From the NCBI GenBank assembly GCA_016188265.1, contig JACPID010000005.1, forward strand, positions 1 to 38,125: a stretch of DNA of 38,125 nt. Reading direction: 5' to 3'. Under the pieces are notes generated by a model. That model saw only the letters and a list, made by a program, of their open reading frames with translations, had not been told where the DNA came from and did no database searches. Positions 37,058 through 38,125 of this stretch are shown one piece after another. The stretch comes from Candidatus Woesearchaeota archaeon (GTDB lineage: Archaea; Nanobdellota; Nanobdellia; Woesearchaeales; ARS49). How positions within the stretch are numbered: the first letter of the stretch is position 1; each line of letters opens with the position of its first letter. A program made the position numbers and the translations under genes.

Positions 37058-37972
37058 TTAATTAATTTTTTCTAGCAGTGCAGCATGTAATATTGGCAGA
37101 GCTATTGTTGCATCGCAATATAAATCTGCATATTCTCCTCTAGGATCTAATTTTCCCCAACTTATTCCTTCATGTAATGGTGCTCCGCTGCTTCCTCCAT
37201 AATGGGGAACATCTGTTGATACTTGGACTCCATAATATGCTCCTTTGCTGAATTGCATGCTTTGTTGAATAAAATTTTTAGGAACCCCTCCACCTACATA
37301 AAATACCCCGTTTTTTTTTGAATCCAATGATCTGCGGATTATTTCTTTTATGTCAGAGAATGCATTTATTGGAAAATTATTTCCTTTTTCAAGTTGCCCC
37401 CATATCATTAAACCAATACCGCTATCAGCAAGTGCAGGGCAGAAAATTGGTATGTTATTATCATGTGCTGTTCTTAGAATAGATTCTTTTGGTGTTATGC
37501 TGCCTAGTTTTGTTAAGAATTCCCTGATTGATGTAGCTTGCATTAGTAATTCTTTATTTTCTTGAAAAAATTTTTCTAATTTTTCATAAACATTATTTTG
37601 CATGTATGAATCCCACATGCGATCATATCCTTGTTTATGTAATTTTTCATCATTATCATGGGCAGATCCTTGATAGTGTTTAAATCCTAAAGCTTCAACA
37701 ATATCATGTGTTAATGTTGCTCCTGTTGTTACAAATACATCAACCCATTTGTTTTGTAAAAAATCAATGATTATTTGCTTCATTCCTCCAGGAACCATTG
37801 CTCCTGCTTGCCCGAAAAAAACAGTACATTCTTTGTCTTGAATCATTTTTTGAAGAATTTTTGCAGCGCGAGAAAATCTTCCAGCACCCATAACTCCTGC
37901 TTTTTCTAGTTCTTCAACTATTTGATATACGCTCATTCCTTTTGTTATTTTAACTTGATGAACTGGCTTCAT
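37058..37972 (-). CDS. dys: Deoxyhypusine synthase family protein
   Basis: VTTGATLTHD, PIFCPALADS, GGGVPKNF, GGSSGA..EGISWGK (catalytic Lys). Confidence 0.9.
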   Translation of the reverse strand: MKPVHQVKITKGMSVYQIVEELEKAGVMGAGRFSRAAKILQKMIQDKECTVFFGQAGAMVPGGMKQIIIDFLQNKWVDVFVTTGATLTHDIVEALGFKHYQGSAHDNDEKLHKQGYDRMWDSYMQNNVYEKLEKFFQENKELLMQATSIREFLTKLGSITPKESILRTAHDNNIPIFCPALADSGIGLMIWGQLEKGNNFPINAFSDIKEIIRRSLDSKKNGVFYVGGGVPKNFIQQSMQFSKGAYYGVQVSTDVPHYGGSSGAPLHEGISWGKLDPRGEYADLYCDATIALPILHAALLEKIN

Positions 37973-38125
37973 AATTTGATAAAATTAAAAAGAATATATA
38001 AAGCATTGTTAATACTATATAACTAGTAGTGCATCAATTATTTAAGGAAGTTAGAAAAAATTATACTTGATGAAGTTAAGACTATGTTTAAAACAAAAAA
38101 TCTTAAGCTCAATTCTTAGTTTTTC

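Noticed and set aside
1..38125. Alternative genetic code or stop readthrough
   Set aside because: Conserved genes are full length in the standard code with TAA, TAG and TGA all used as stops; both broken genes need a frame change, not readthrough

Overview
AT-rich archaeal chromosomal segment, most consistent with a DPANN lineage (Woesearchaeota-like). The basis is rpl37e-LSm, deoxyhypusine synthase, Lhr, an archaeal FtsZ, an S-layer gene, a CCA-less tRNA-Leu(UAG), TATA promoters and GGTGA Shine-Dalgarno motifs. Housekeeping genes (ktrAB, a Kef-type antiporter, PIN-PhoH, ftsZ, type I GAPDH, serS) are interspersed with small accessory genes and two toxin-antitoxin modules. Four features stand out. 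(1) An nrdR-nrdJ1-nrdJ2 locus with an NrdR box. nrdJ1 has all catalytic cysteines but no ATP cone and is split by a +1 frameshift in an A11 run. nrdJ2 has an ATP cone but carries Ala at the essential redox Cys and has no C-terminal cysteines, suggesting a catalytic/pseudo-enzyme RNR pair. (2) A family of nested palindromic elements (GTCAAGAAC...GTTCTTGAC, AGAAAAT hairpins, CCACTAGTG hairpins) sits at accessory-gene borders, and one copy supplies a gene's 3' end. (3) ftsZ has a long structured leader. (4) The HEPN toxin is frameshifted at an A8 run. All calls come from reading motifs by eye; no database searches were run.
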